The position numbers and the translations under genes are program-made. Positions 35,493 to 46,300 of a stretch of DNA of 64,000 nucleotides are shown here, piece after piece. The stretch's first letter is position 1; each line of letters starts with the position of its first letter. Source of the DNA: Nitrospinaceae bacterium (GTDB lineage Bacteria; Nitrospinota; Nitrospinia; Nitrospinales; VA-1); the NCBI GenBank assembly GCA_029261655.1, contig JAJDAY010000025.1:36390-100389 (forward strand), given 5' to 3'. The notes under the pieces are model-generated. The model saw only the letters and a program-made list of their open reading frames with translations. It was not told the DNA's origin and did no database searches.

Positions 35493-36749
35493 TCAACTGA
35501 CGCGGCGGATATTCGCGCCCAGTCGGACCAGTTTTTCTTCGATCCCTTCGTATCCCCGGTCGATATGATACACGCGGGAAATAACCGACTCGCCCTTTGC
35601 CGCCAAAGCGGCCAACACCAAAGACGCGCTCGCCCGCAAGTCGGTCGCCATCAGGGGGGCGCCGGACAACTGTTCGACGCCTGTCACAATGGCGGTGTGC
35701 CCGTCCAGAAAAATTTCCGCGCCCATGCGTTTCAGTTCCGCCGCGTGCATGAACCGGTTTTCAAACACATTCTCCACAATGATACTCTGCCCTTTGGCTA
35801 AAGTCATCAACGCCATTGTCTGCGCCTGCAGATCGGTGGGGAACCCTGGATGCGGCTGGGTTTTAATGTCGATCGACCGGAAACCACCGTTGCCAAGAAC
35901 TCTCAGGCTCCGTTCGCCGGTCTCAACCTGAATGCCTGCTTCCCGCAATTTGTAAATCAGCGGCTCCACATGCAACGGGACGCAGTTGGTTATTTCCACA
36001 TCTCCGCCGGTGATAGCGGCGGCAATCATGAAAGTCCCGGCTTCGATGCGGTCGGGAAAAATCCGACATTCAATGGGCCTGAGCGCGCCGGTTCCCTGGA
36101 CAATGATGACATCCGTCCCCTGGCCGACGATTTTTGCTCCGGCCAGATTAAGAACATCCGCTAAAAAAACGACCTCAGGTTCTCTTGCGGCATTTTCCAA
36201 AATCGTTTCGCCTTCTGTGAGCGTCGCGGCCATCATGAGATTTGCCGTTCCTGTCACACTCACTGTATCGAAATAAATACGATTTCCGTTGAGTCCTTTT
36301 TGCGCGGTACCCTGAATATAACCTTGATTGAGGTCGAGTTTCGCCCCCAGCGCTTCAAGACCCTTGATGTGCAAATCCATGGGACGGGCTCCGATGGCGC
36401 ACCCTCCCGGCAGGGAAACTTTTGCCTGGCCCAAGCGGGCTAACAAAGGTCCAAGCACCAGGCAGGAGGCACGCATGGTGGACACCAGTTCATAAGGCGC
36501 TTCCGATTTATTCACGCCTGTGGTGTCGATCACCAAGGTATCGCCTTCAAAGCTTTCGAGCTTCGCACCGAGATAGCTCAAGAGACGAATCATGGTGAAC
36601 ACATCGCGCACCCTGGGCACGCCCTGAATTTCGTTTCTGCCCGCGGTCAACAAGGTGGCGGCCAAAACAGGCAGGACCGCGTTTTTTGCCCCGCTGATGG
36701 CAACTTTTCCCTTGAGCCTTTGTCCTCCTTCGACGATGAATTTATCCAT
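35493..36749 (-). CDS. murA: UDP-N-acetylglucosamine 1-carboxyvinyltransferase
   Basis: MDKFIVEGGQRLKGKVAISGAKNAVLP, active-site LPGGCAIGARPMDLH. Confidence 0.97.
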   Translation of the reverse strand: MDKFIVEGGQRLKGKVAISGAKNAVLPVLAATLLTAGRNEIQGVPRVRDVFTMIRLLSYLGAKLESFEGDTLVIDTTGVNKSEAPYELVSTMRASCLVLGPLLARLGQAKVSLPGGCAIGARPMDLHIKGLEALGAKLDLNQGYIQGTAQKGLNGNRIYFDTVSVTGTANLMMAATLTEGETILENAAREPEVVFLADVLNLAGAKIVGQGTDVIIVQGTGALRPIECRIFPDRIEAGTFMIAAAITGGDVEITNCVPLHVEPLIYKLREAGIQVETGERSLRVLGNGGFRSIDIKTQPHPGFPTDLQAQTMALMTLAKGQSIIVENVFENRFMHAAELKRMGAEIFLDGHTAIVTGVEQLSGAPLMATDLRASASLVLAALAAKGESVISRVYHIDRGYEGIEEKLVRLGANIRRVS

Positions 36750-37617
36750 GGCTCTTTTTCTTTTGTGCGGAAACCACCCGTTCCATCCCCATATAATCCA
36801 GAGTCACCTCTGGCGCATGATAACCGCCGTGGCCCTCAATGAGAGACAACACGTCATTCACCTGGCCGTTGCCTATCTCCAGAAACAAGACTCCATTTTC
36901 TTCCAAATGCTGTGAGGCCTGGAGCAGGATCTGCCGGTAACAGGCAAGACCGTCCGGCCCGCCAAACAACGCCTGTTCAGGCTCATAATTTCGCACATCG
37001 GGCATCAGGGAATCTCTCTGGTCTTCTTCGATGTAAGGAGGGTTGGACAGGATGGCATGAAAGGAGGTTTTCAATTCGCAGGCGAACATATCGCCCTCGA
37101 CAAAGCGAACCCGATCCGCCACTTCATGCACCCAGGCGTTCGCCTTGGCGATCGCAAGCGCGGATCTGGAAATGTCGACCGCCGTCACCCGGCTTTTGGG
37201 CAGTTCTTTGGCCACCGCAATGGCAATGTTTCCCGAACCCGTTCCAAGGTCCAGAATTCGTAGCGACTCTGGAGACGATTCCGAGGCAGTCCATTGTAAA
37301 AATTTTTCAACCAGAATTTCCGTTTCCCAGCGAGGGACCAGGACATCGGGGGTGACTTGAAATTCCAGGCCCCAGAATTCCCGACGACCCAGAATATAAG
37401 CCACAGGCTCTCTTAGAAACCGCCTTTCCACGAAACTTTTTGAAAGCACCCTTTCCGCCTCGCCCAATTCGCGGTCGGGGTTTCGGTACAGGTCTTCGCG
37501 GCTTGAATGCAGCCCCCTGGCCAGCAAAATCTCAGACTCCAGCCTGGGGGAGTCGATGCCCGCCTGGGCTAAACGTTCGGCGGACCATTCTAAAAACGAT
37601 TTGGATGTCCAGGTCAT
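36742..37617 (-). CDS. prmC: release-factor glutamine N5-methyltransferase
   Basis: LDLGTGSGNIAI and NPPYI motifs. Start moved to MTWTSKSFLEW (37617). The longer track ORF would overlap prfA. There is an 8-nt overlap with murA. Confidence 0.9.
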   Translation of the reverse strand: MTWTSKSFLEWSAERLAQAGIDSPRLESEILLARGLHSSREDLYRNPDRELGEAERVLSKSFVERRFLREPVAYILGRREFWGLEFQVTPDVLVPRWETEILVEKFLQWTASESSPESLRILDLGTGSGNIAIAVAKELPKSRVTAVDISRSALAIAKANAWVHEVADRVRFVEGDMFACELKTSFHAILSNPPYIEEDQRDSLMPDVRNYEPEQALFGGPDGLACYRQILLQASQHLEENGVLFLEIGNGQVNDVLSLIEGHGGYHAPEVTLDYMGMERVVSAQKKKSHG

Positions 37618-37672
37618 TTTTTCGGACTCTTTAGTATGAGAAAATATCCGATTCGCCCCGTTCACTTTCTGG

Positions 37673-38779
37673 TCAGGCCGTCGTTCTCGCCTGTTCTTCT
37701 TTTTCCATTCCACTGATATTTTCTTTGAGAGCCTCGGCCTGAAAGTGGAGAGTGAGGCTGTCGATGATGGCGTCCAGGTCGCCTTCAAGAATCTGGGAAA
37801 GTTTGTGCAGGGTCAATCCAATGCGATGATCGGTCACGCGTTCCTGGGAAAAATTATAGGTGCGGATGCGTCCACTGCGGTCGCCGGACCCCACCTGTTG
37901 TTTGCGCTCCTTTGCCATCGCATCGTTTTGCTTTTGCTGGATCTCATCAAAAAGGCGGGCCCTTAAAACTTTCATCGCCTTTTCCTTATTTTTGTGTTGG
38001 GACTTTTCGTCCTGGCAGGTCACCACCAGCCCCGTCGGGACATACGTGATGCGCACCGCGGAATCCGTCGTGTTGACGCTCTGACCGCCCGGCCCTGAGG
38101 CCCTGAACACATCGAATTTCAAGTCGGCTGGATTGATGCTGATGTCTACCTCTTCCGCTTCCGGCATGATGGCCACAGTCACAGCAGAGGTATGGACCCG
38201 GCCCTGGGTCTCCGTTTCCGGGACTCTCTGCACTCGATGCGTTCCGCTTTCATACTTCAGCCGGCTGAAAACGCCCTGACCGCTGATACTGAGGATGATT
38301 TCCTTGAACCCGCCTTTACCGGTGACATTGGTGCTGAGGATTTCCGTTTTCCACTTATGCGCTTCGGCGTGCCGGGAATACATGCGAAACAAGTTCGCGG
38401 CGAACAGAGCCGCCTCTTCCCCCCCTGTGCCGGCGCGGATTTCCATAATGACGCTTTTACCGTCTCGTGGGTCCTTTGGCAACAACAGCTTTCTCAAGGT
38501 TGTCTCGACCGTTTTACGGGTCTCCTTCAACACGTCGAGTTCTTCCCTCGCCATCTCCAAAAGTTCCGAATCCTTTTCCTCGGCCAGCAGGGTTTCATTT
38601 TCTTCCAGTTGTCGAACGATTGTTTTCAGCTCGTTGACTCCTGCCACGATCGGCGAAAGCTCGGATTGTTCGCGCGCATACTTCTGGTATTCCGCTTGCT
38701 GGGCAATGATGTTGGGATCGCTCAGCAGTTCGTTGAGTTTGTTGTAACGTTGTTCAATGGCTTCGAGTTTTTCAATCAT
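37673..38779 (-). CDS. prfA: peptide chain release factor 1
   Basis: GGQ motif ([11 protein letters not shown]) and an RF1-type tripeptide region, [11 protein letters not shown]. Confidence 0.96.
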   Translation of the reverse strand: MIEKLEAIEQRYNKLNELLSDPNIIAQQAEYQKYAREQSELSPIVAGVNELKTIVRQLEENETLLAEEKDSELLEMAREELDVLKETRKTVETTLRKLLLPKDPRDGKSVIMEIRAGTGGEEAALFAANLFRMYSRHAEAHKWKTEILSTNVTGKGGFKEIILSISGQGVFSRLKYESGTHRVQRVPETETQGRVHTSAVTVAIMPEAEEVDISINPADLKFDVFRASGPGGQSVNTTDSAVRITYVPTGLVVTCQDEKSQHKNKEKAMKVLRARLFDEIQQKQNDAMAKERKQQVGSGDRSGRIRTYNFSQERVTDHRIGLTLHKLSQILEGDLDAIIDSLTLHFQAEALKENISGMEKEEQARTTA

Positions 38780-38891
38780 GGGTCGGCCTGAGGGGACCTC
38801 AGGCTACTTGGACAACTGAGTTGGCTGATAATTTCAGGGAACTTCATGCCCCAATCATCAGAGCATATATGCTTTTTGGCGAGGAATGAAG

Positions 38892-39131
38892 CTAACCTGC
38901 GGCTGTGGGTTCGGGATCGCTTTCGGCAGATTTTTTCTTGCCGTATTTCTTGTTGAATTTTTCAATGCGACCGGCCGTATCCAGAAGTTTTTGTTTGCCG
39001 GTATAAAACGGATGACAATTGGAACAAATTTCAAGATGCAGATCCTTCACGGTCGAACCGATATTGACTTCGTGCCCGCAAGCGCAACGGATCATGGTTT
39101 CATGGTATTCAGGGTGGATTCCCGATTTCAT
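38892..39131 (-). CDS. rpmE: 50S ribosomal protein L31 (Zn-binding type)
   Basis: [21 protein letters not shown]...[10 protein letters not shown]. Start moved to 39131. Confidence 0.93.
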   Translation of the reverse strand: MKSGIHPEYHETMIRCACGHEVNIGSTVKDLHLEICSNCHPFYTGKQKLLDTAGRIEKFNKKYGKKKSAESDPEPTAAG

Positions 39132-39148
39132 AATAGATTCTTCCTCAA

Positions 39149-40408
39149 TCAAGTATTCATCGCGGCCAAAAATTCGGCGTTTGTTTTTGTTTCCTTAATC
39201 TTCTGCAGGAGAAGGTCCATCGTATCATGAATCCCCATCGGCAGTAACACTTTTCTCAGCAACCAGACCCGCTGGAGATCCTCATCCGGCAGGAGCAACT
39301 CCTCTTTCCGTGTTCCTGAACGGTTGATATCGATGGAAGGAAAAGTTCTCTTATCGGCCAATTTACGATCCAGAACGATTTCCATATTACCGGTTCCCTT
39401 GAACTCCTCGAAAATCACGTCGTCCATTCGGCTTCCCGTATCAATCAGCGCCGTGGCTATGATGGTCAGGCTTCCTCCCTCTTCCAGATTCCGGGCCGCG
39501 CCAAAAAACCGCTTGGGCCTTTGCAGGGCGTTGGAGTCCACACCCCCTGAGAGCACCTTGCCGCTTGGCGGCACAATGGCGTTATAAGCCCGGGCCAGGC
39601 GCGTGATGCTGTCTAATAGAATCACCACGTCTTTTTGGTGTTCCACCAGCCGTTTGGCTTTTTCGATCACCATTTCCGCGACCTGCACGTGACGCTGGGC
39701 CGGCTCGTCAAAGGTGGAACTGATGACCTCTCCCTTAACGGAACGTTCCATATCCGTTACTTCCTCAGGGCGCTCGTCGATCAGCAATACCATCAGGACA
39801 ACTTCAGGGAAATTGGTGCTGATGCTGTTGGCGATCGACTGCAGGAGCATCGTCTTACCGGTTCTGGGCGGAGCCACGATCAATCCGCGCTGGCCCTTGC
39901 CGATGGGAGTCATCAGGTCCATGACTCTTGCGCTGTAGTCTTTGCAGTTCGGTGTTTCCAGACGCAGACGCTCTTCCGGATAAAGCGGCGTCAAGTTGTC
40001 GAACAGGATTTTATCTTTGGTTTTTTCAGGATTTTCAAAGTTGATGGCTTCAACTTTCAGCAAAGCAAAATAACGCTCGCTGTCTTTGGGAGGTCGAATC
40101 TGGCCGGAAATGGTGTCACCGGTCCGCATGTCAAATTTTCGGATTTGCGAGGGAGAAACATAAATATCATCAGGCCCCGGCAAATAGTTGTAGGTCGGCG
40201 CCCGGAGAAAACCAAACCCGTCCGGCAGGATCTCAAGAACCCCCTGGCCAAACATCAAGCCGTCCTTTTCCGTTTTGGCTTCCAGTATCTTGAAAATCAG
40301 GTCCTGCTTGCGCAAGCCACTGTGCCCCTGAATCTTCAGATCTTTAGCAATGTTAGTGAGTTCGGAGATGGTTTTTGACTTTAGTTCTTCAATATTCATT
40401 TGGCTCAT
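39149..40408 (-). CDS. rho: transcription termination factor Rho
   Basis: N-terminal RNA-binding domain (GFGFLR), Walker A PPRTGKT, and the C-terminal ATPase. Confidence 0.98.
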   Translation of the reverse strand: MSQMNIEELKSKTISELTNIAKDLKIQGHSGLRKQDLIFKILEAKTEKDGLMFGQGVLEILPDGFGFLRAPTYNYLPGPDDIYVSPSQIRKFDMRTGDTISGQIRPPKDSERYFALLKVEAINFENPEKTKDKILFDNLTPLYPEERLRLETPNCKDYSARVMDLMTPIGKGQRGLIVAPPRTGKTMLLQSIANSISTNFPEVVLMVLLIDERPEEVTDMERSVKGEVISSTFDEPAQRHVQVAEMVIEKAKRLVEHQKDVVILLDSITRLARAYNAIVPPSGKVLSGGVDSNALQRPKRFFGAARNLEEGGSLTIIATALIDTGSRMDDVIFEEFKGTGNMEIVLDRKLADKRTFPSIDINRSGTRKEELLLPDEDLQRVWLLRKVLLPMGIHDTMDLLLQKIKETKTNAEFLAAMNT

Positions 40409-40874
40409 AGGTCAGGGTCTCTTTGAAGTAGAGATTTTTAGGTTGGTTATTGTTTTGGATTTGGGTTTGGGGATAAAACTAAAATTCTCGTTTATTTATA
40501 GGTATTAGATATATTGCAAATAGATGTTTATCTATGAAGGGTAGAAAATAAGCCGGGTTGTTTGGTCGGAGTTTTTTGGGAGCTATTGGAGATCAGTACT
40601 CAGGTTAGCTAGTAAAAACCTTTTTGTCAAATTTTTTTAAGCCCCCACGCCAATCTTCTCATCGCCCTCGATTGGGTTCTTAAAAAAGATCAGGCGTCCC
40701 CCTTTATTTACCTTCCTTAAAGTGCCACCTGGTCCCAGAAAAGTCACGAGGATGAGTAAAGTCTGGATCATTGAACCGCTTGTTGTTTGACTTCAAACTC
40801 TTTTGCAGGCAGAATGGCTTGCTAAATTTTGGCGATAAAAAACTCCGCAATGCTGAGAAAAAAGGAACATTTGA

Positions 40875-41288
40875 ATGAAAACAAAAAGCAAAAGAGATGA
40901 CACCAGCCAATGCGAAAAATGTTTACCAGCTTATTGCTGCAATTACTTCGCTTTTGGGTTGGACGAGCCGGAAGACCGAAGGGATTATGAAAGTCTGCTA
41001 TGGAAACTGGCGCACGAGAAAGTCTCAATTTATATCTATCGTAACGACTGGTACATCATGATAAACACTCGTTGCAATTTCTTAACCATCGACAACAAAT
41101 GTGCCATCTACGAAACCCGCCCGTATATGTGCCGGGAACACAGCACCGAAAACTGTGAATACACAGGCTCTGACTATGGTTTCACCGAGCATTTCAAAAG
41201 CTACGACGAGCTGTTGGCCTGGATCAAGGAAAACACAAACTTCCGGTTCAAGCAAAAACCCACCGGTGTTCCGGCTAATATTCTTTAG
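40875..41288 (+). CDS. YkgJ-family Cys-cluster (CxxCxxCC) protein
   Basis: CEKCLPAYCC ... CNFL..NKCAIYETRPYMCREH. Confidence 0.72.
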   Translation: MKTKSKRDDTSQCEKCLPAYCCNYFAFGLDEPEDRRDYESLLWKLAHEKVSIYIYRNDWYIMINTRCNFLTIDNKCAIYETRPYMCREHSTENCEYTGSDYGFTEHFKSYDELLAWIKENTNFRFKQKPTGVPANIL

Positions 41289-41294
41289 GCGTGA

Positions 41295-41765
41295 ATGAAC
41301 CTTTCCATTGATGTCGCGTCTTCCTCAGACGCCCCGACAATCGCACACTTGGAAAAAGCGCTGTTGGAAGAAATCATGGACGCCACAGGACAGCGTCATT
41401 TTGATGTCGATTCCCAAGAATTAATGGCCCTGGCGAAAAAATATATCGAAGAAGAAAAGTCCACATTCATAATTGCAAAGTCCAGGCAAACAGCGGTCGG
41501 TTTTATAGCGGTTTATGAAAGCCATGCCCTCTATGCAGGTGGTTCCTATGGCACCATTTCTGAATTGTTTGTGATAAAAGAAAAGCGATCTCAGGGAATT
41601 GGCAAACGACTGCTTAGTAAAGCCCGTGAACATTTGGCGGGTCAAAATTGGAGTTTTTTTGAGGTGACGACACCTCCCCTTCCCGAATTTGGACAAACCA
41701 TCAATTTCTATAAAAATAATGGGTTTGAAGTTTCAGGGGGAAGAAAAATGAAATTGAAATTATAG
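41295..41765 (+). CDS. GNAT-family N-acetyltransferase
   Basis: Acetyl-CoA binding pattern, RSQGIGKRLLSKA, and the overall GNAT layout. Confidence 0.8.
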   Translation: MNLSIDVASSSDAPTIAHLEKALLEEIMDATGQRHFDVDSQELMALAKKYIEEEKSTFIIAKSRQTAVGFIAVYESHALYAGGSYGTISELFVIKEKRSQGIGKRLLSKAREHLAGQNWSFFEVTTPPLPEFGQTINFYKNNGFEVSGGRKMKLKL

Positions 41766-41845
41766 CGGCTTACTGAGGAACACTATTGGAGTGTTGATCT
41801 GAAATTCTCTTTCCGGTCATTTTCTTTCAATCAAAAATTGCTTTT

Positions 41846-42421
41846 TTATTCCTTTGGCTTTTTCTTTTCATCCTTCTTTACAGATGATGTGGCTTTTTTA
41901 GGTTTCGGATCGGTTTTATTCGCTTCCGCTTTTTTGGTGGGAGGCTTTTCGCTCTTCGTCGTTTCCGCCTTGGCTTTTGGCTCCGCCTTTTTCGCAGGTT
42001 TTTTCTCGCCGGTTTTCTGGGCCTTGGCTTTTCCTTTTGCCGGTTTTTCCGGCGCCTTTTCCTCGGGACCTTCCACAAGCTCTATGAAAGCCATTGGGGC
42101 TGAATCGCCTTTACGATTGCCGATCTTTATGATGCGCGTGTAGCCGCCATTTCTCGTCGCAAACCTCTCGGCGATGGGGCCGAAGAGTTTCTTAAGGGCT
42201 TCTTTCTCCTGCACGGTACGAAACGCCAGACGCCGGGCGTGGAGGGTTCCCTTTTTTCCCAGGGTGATGGTTTTTTCCGCTTTACTTCGCAGTTCCTTGG
42301 CCTTGGCAAGGGTCGTGCGAATCCTTTCCCGTGTGATCAGAGCTGTCACAAGGTTGCGAAACAGGGCTTTCCTGTGCGCTGATGTACGCCCTAATATCCT
42401 GCCGGCTTTTAAGTGACGCAT
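41846..42421 (-). CDS. rplQ: 50S ribosomal protein L17 with a ~74-aa Lys/Ala/Pro/Glu-rich C-terminal extension
   Basis: [24 protein letters not shown]...[19 protein letters not shown] core, then a [28 protein letters not shown]... tail. Confidence 0.95.
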   Translation of the reverse strand: MRHLKAGRILGRTSAHRKALFRNLVTALITRERIRTTLAKAKELRSKAEKTITLGKKGTLHARRLAFRTVQEKEALKKLFGPIAERFATRNGGYTRIIKIGNRKGDSAPMAFIELVEGPEEKAPEKPAKGKAKAQKTGEKKPAKKAEPKAKAETTKSEKPPTKKAEANKTDPKPKKATSSVKKDEKKKPKE

Positions 42422-42594
42422 GAATTTTTTTGCTCTCCAGAAAGTGGCCAGCGTGACACTGGACCCAATGTTTACTCACTATAGATAATTTAATCTATAG
42501 TTTCTTAAGGGACTCGTGAGCGAACTCATCCCCGGTTAAGGATGTCAGCCCCATGTTTCTTCCCGCGCTTATGAGCGAAAGAAAAACCCGGGGT

Positions 42595-43623
42595 TCATCC
42601 CACCAGATCGGTTTCGACTTCTTTCTTTTTTCTCACCTGGTTGATTTGCTTTAAATCTTCTTCATCGATTTTAATTCCCAGATGCAGTCCCATGTCTTCA
42701 AGGATTTCCTTGATTTCATTCAAGGATTTTCTGCCAAAGTTCCGGGTTCTCAGCATTTCTCCATCGGTCTTTTGAACCAGTTCGGCAATGGTTTGAATAT
42801 TGGCATTCTTGAGACAATTGTAGGAACGAACCGAAAGCTCCAGTTCTTCGACGCATTTCGCCAGATTGGCAAGAACCTTCTGCTTCTTTTCATCCACCTG
42901 CGGTTGCACAGGCTCAGGCTCTTCATCAAAGTTGATAAAGATCTGCATATGGTCTTTCACGATTTTAGCCGCATGCGCCACCGCGTCGTCGGGGGTGATG
43001 CCGCCATTGGTCCACAACTCCATGACCAGTTGGTCGTAGTCTGTGGATTGCTCTACCCTGGTTTTTTCGACCAGATAGGTCACTTTTTCGACCGGAGAAT
43101 AAATGGCATCGATGGGAATCATCTGCACCGATTCATCCTCCAGATTCTGTTGCTCAGAGGGAACATATCCGCGTCCCCGGCGAACGATCATTTCCACATC
43201 CAGACTGCCGTTTTGATCGATCGTTGCAATGGGGTGTTCCGGGTTCAAAATGGTGATATCCGCATCGGCTGTGATATCCGCCGCAGTCACAACACCGGGG
43301 GTGTCTTTTTTAATATAAATTCTTTTATCAGAAGCCTCCCCGGCCATTCTAATATTCACCTGCTTTAGATTGAGTATGATTTCAGTGACATCTTCCAGGA
43401 CTCCGGGAACCGATGAAAACTCATGGTAGATCCCTTCAAATTTCACCCCGACAATTGCCGCGCCCTCAATTGAGGACAGCAACATCCTTCTGAGCGAATT
43501 ACCGATGGTCACTCCATACCCTCTCTCAAAGGGACCCGCAATGAATTTCCCATAGTGAGAGGTTTTATTTCTTTTGTCGAATTCCAAGCGTTTGGGTTTG
43601 ACAATATCCTGGGCTGTATACAT
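42595..43623 (-). CDS. rpoA: DNA-directed RNA polymerase subunit alpha
   Basis: GVTIGNSLRRMLLSSIEGAA, and the C-terminal domain ELELSVRSYNCLKNANI. Confidence 0.97.
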   Translation of the reverse strand: MYTAQDIVKPKRLEFDKRNKTSHYGKFIAGPFERGYGVTIGNSLRRMLLSSIEGAAIVGVKFEGIYHEFSSVPGVLEDVTEIILNLKQVNIRMAGEASDKRIYIKKDTPGVVTAADITADADITILNPEHPIATIDQNGSLDVEMIVRRGRGYVPSEQQNLEDESVQMIPIDAIYSPVEKVTYLVEKTRVEQSTDYDQLVMELWTNGGITPDDAVAHAAKIVKDHMQIFINFDEEPEPVQPQVDEKKQKVLANLAKCVEELELSVRSYNCLKNANIQTIAELVQKTDGEMLRTRNFGRKSLNEIKEILEDMGLHLGIKIDEEDLKQINQVRKKKEVETDLVG

Positions 43624-43709
43624 GTAGCCTCCGGTGCTTTTTCTATTTATGCAAGTTATGCATTTAATTTATTAACGACAATAAGTGAACGACCAAACTG
43701 ACGAGGTGG

Positions 43710-44336
43710 TTACCTGGAGTAAAGCTCGACGATCAACTGTTCTTCAATAGCCAGGGTAACATCTTCTCGTGTAGGCAGGGACTGGACCAAGCCCTGTTTA
43801 CTTTCTACATCGAAGGAAAGCCAATGTGGCAGGGTTTTTTCCTTCGCCTGTTCCAACGCTTTTTTTATGGGCGCCTTTTCAATTTTTCTTTGGTTGGGAG
43901 AAATAACATCCCCCTTTTTTACAATGTAGGAGGGAATGTTGACACGCTTCCCATTGACTAAAAAATGATTGTGGCTGATCAATTGTCTTGCGGCATTGCG
44001 GGATTCACCCAGACCCATTCGATAAATGACATTGTCCAGACGCGATTCAAGTTTCTGCAGCAGGTTTTCACCCGTGACCCCTTTTTGCCGGTCCGCCGCC
44101 GCAAAATAAACTCTGAACTGTTTTTCCAGCACTCCGTAAAATCTTTTGACTTTCTGCTTTTCCCTTAGCTGCACACCGTATTCGGAGAATTTCTTTCGGC
44201 CTTGACCATGCTGACCGGGAAGGTAGGCTCTCCGATCGATGGCGCACTTGGCCGTCTCGCACCGGGTCGCCTTCAGGTACAATTTAACACCCTCACGTCG
44301 GCACAAGCGACAAACAGAATCCGTATATCTTGCCAA
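43710..44336 (-). CDS. rpsD: 30S ribosomal protein S4
   Basis: (M)[18 protein letters not shown] start at 44336 after GGGAGAG. The longer track ORF would run into rpsK. Confidence 0.93.
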   Translation of the reverse strand: MARYTDSVCRLCRREGVKLYLKATRCETAKCAIDRRAYLPGQHGQGRKKFSEYGVQLREKQKVKRFYGVLEKQFRVYFAAADRQKGVTGENLLQKLESRLDNVIYRMGLGESRNAARQLISHNHFLVNGKRVNIPSYIVKKGDVISPNQRKIEKAPIKKALEQAKEKTLPHWLSFDVESKQGLVQSLPTREDVTLAIEEQLIVELYSR

Positions 44337-44367
44337 AATTTCTCTCCCGTATAAAAAAAGTTGTGGG

Positions 44368-44760
44368 TTATACCCTTCTGCGTTTCCTGGGCCTACAGCC
44401 ATTGTGTGGAATCGGGGTTTTATCGCGAATCACCAATATTTCCATGCCTGCGGCCTGAAGCGACCGAATGGCGGACTCCCGCCCAGGCCCTGGTCCGCGC
44501 ACATGAACCTCCAGTTTTCTCATCCCCATGTCACGGGCTTTTTGCGCGGCTTTTTCAGCCGCTACCTGCGCCGCGAACGGCGTGCTTTTCCTGGAACCTT
44601 TGAAACCCTGCGCCCCGGCGCTGGACCAGGAAACCACGTTTCCCGATGTGTCGCTGATGGTCACAAGCGTGTTGTTAAACGTGGCCTGAATGTGGGCAAT
44701 CCCCGTTTCCGGCACCGTCTTTTGCTTTTTCTTTCCGCCTTTGGCTTTACCTTTATCCAT
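44368..44760 (-). CDS. rpsK: 30S ribosomal protein S11
   Basis: [18 protein letters not shown]...[11 protein letters not shown]. Confidence 0.96.
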   Translation of the reverse strand: MDKGKAKGGKKKQKTVPETGIAHIQATFNNTLVTISDTSGNVVSWSSAGAQGFKGSRKSTPFAAQVAAEKAAQKARDMGMRKLEVHVRGPGPGRESAIRSLQAAGMEILVIRDKTPIPHNGCRPRKRRRV

Positions 44761-44777
44761 TTCCGGTTCCCTTTAGA

Positions 44778-45152
44778 TTATTTTTTTGAAGCCCTGGCTC
44801 CAACCGTTTTCTTAGGGCCTTTGCGCGTTCTGGCATTGGTGTGAGACCTCTGCCCTCTAACCGGCAATCCCTTGCGGTGGCGCAGTCCGCGGTAGCTTCC
44901 TATATCCATGAGCCGCTTGATGCTCATACTGACATCCCGGCGTCGGTCGCCCTCAACTTCATAGTTCTCAGAGATGATGGAACGAATTCTGGTGACTTCG
45001 TCTTCCGTCAAATCTTTCATGCGGATGTCTTCGGACACCTTGGCTTTTGCCAGAATCTGCTTTGACGATGTATTTCCGATTCCAAAAATATAGGTCAACG
45101 CGATTACCGCTCGTTTGTCCCTCGGAATGTCTATTCCCGAAATTCTTGCCAC
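44778..45152 (-). CDS. rpsM: 30S ribosomal protein S13
   Basis: [14 protein letters not shown]...[23 protein letters not shown] pattern. Confidence 0.96.
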   Translation of the reverse strand: MARISGIDIPRDKRAVIALTYIFGIGNTSSKQILAKAKVSEDIRMKDLTEDEVTRIRSIISENYEVEGDRRRDVSMSIKRLMDIGSYRGLRHRKGLPVRGQRSHTNARTRKGPKKTVGARASKK

Positions 45153-45213
45153 GATCTCTCCTTTTTTCCTGTCGTTAGCGTCTGGATTGCAACCAAACTG
45201 CTTTTTTCAATAT

Positions 45214-45327
45214 TCAGCCCTGGCGCTGCTTATGTTTGGGGTTTGAACACAGCACCCGCACAACGCCGCGTCTTCTAATCACTTTACATTTAATGCAAAT
45301 TGGCTTTACTGAGGATCTGACTTTCAT
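45214..45327 (-). CDS. rpmJ: 50S ribosomal protein L36 (37 aa; absent from ORF track)
   Basis: Hand translation: [37 protein letters not shown]. Canonical position between infA and rpsM. Confidence 0.93.
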   Translation of the reverse strand: MKVRSSVKPICIKCKVIRRRGVVRVLCSNPKHKQRQG

Positions 45328-45354
45328 AATTCTAACCGAGTTAGTTGCTTCTTT

Positions 45355-45573
45355 TTATTTATAGCGATAGGTGATCCGACCCCGGGTCAGATCGTAAGGG
45401 GAAAGCTGAACCTTCACCTTGTCTCCCGAAAGGATGCGGATGAAATGCATCCTCATTTTCCCTGAAATGTGGGCGAGAACTTTATGACCGTTTTCAAGCT
45501 CCACTCGAAACATCGCATTGGGCAAAGGCTCTAAAACCGTCCCTTCCATTTCAATGGATTCTTCTTTTGACAT
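45355..45573 (-). CDS. infA: translation initiation factor IF-1
   Basis: [41 protein letters not shown]. Start moved to 45573. Confidence 0.96.
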   Translation of the reverse strand: MSKEESIEMEGTVLEPLPNAMFRVELENGHKVLAHISGKMRMHFIRILSGDKVKVQLSPYDLTRGRITYRYK

Positions 45574-45655
45574 AATGAACGACCCCGCCCTGAACAAACA
45601 GGGTCTCCGAAAAGTTTTTTTATTTATCCGCCGTCGTCAAATCACCTTGCGAGAA

Positions 45656-46297
45656 TCAGGTCACCAGGGCTAAAACCTGGGAAAAAATTTCATCGACGGA
45701 ACCCCGACCCACCAGGGTCTTTAAGTTTCCCTGCTTTCTGTAATAATCCTTGAGCGGCGCTGTTTCATTTTCATACACCGCAAGCCGCTTGAGAATCGTT
45801 TCTTTGTTGTCATCCGTACGCTGGAAAAGCTTATGACCGCAATGATCGCATACTCCAGCTTGCTCCGGGGGCCTGGTTTCATCGTGAAACATGGCTCCGC
45901 AATCAGAACAGGACCGCCTTCCAGTCAGCCGGACGATCAACTCCTCGGGGTCCACCTCAATGTCAATCACGGCATCGATCTTAAGCTTCATTGCCTCAAG
46001 TGTTTCACCGAGCTTTTGCGCTTGCACAATGGTCCTCGGAAACCCGTCCAGAATAAAACCCCTGGCGCATTCATCCTCTTTTATCTTTTCCTTGATGAGG
46101 TCAACAACCACCTCATCCGGAACCAAACCGCCATCGCCCATATAGGCTTCAGCTTTCTCCCCAAGCTCTGTGCCGTTGCTCACCGCCTTGCGCAAAATAT
46201 CACCGGTCGATATTTGCGGGATGTTGAACTTCTCTTTCAACATCTTGGCCTGCGTTCCTTTGCCGGCACCTGGGGGACCCAATAAGATCAACCGCAT
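45656..46297 (-). CDS. adk: adenylate kinase (Zn-lid type)
   Basis: MRLILLGPPGAGKGTQA. Lid CSDCG...CDHCG. Confidence 0.97.
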   Translation of the reverse strand: MRLILLGPPGAGKGTQAKMLKEKFNIPQISTGDILRKAVSNGTELGEKAEAYMGDGGLVPDEVVVDLIKEKIKEDECARGFILDGFPRTIVQAQKLGETLEAMKLKIDAVIDIEVDPEELIVRLTGRRSCSDCGAMFHDETRPPEQAGVCDHCGHKLFQRTDDNKETILKRLAVYENETAPLKDYYRKQGNLKTLVGRGSVDEIFSQVLALVT

Positions 46298-46300
46298 GGA

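Noticed and set aside
36742-37788. Extended 348-aa version of prmC
   Set aside because: The first 57 codons overlap the 3' end of prfA and encode a basic low-complexity peptide. The canonical HemK N-terminus begins at the Met at 37617.
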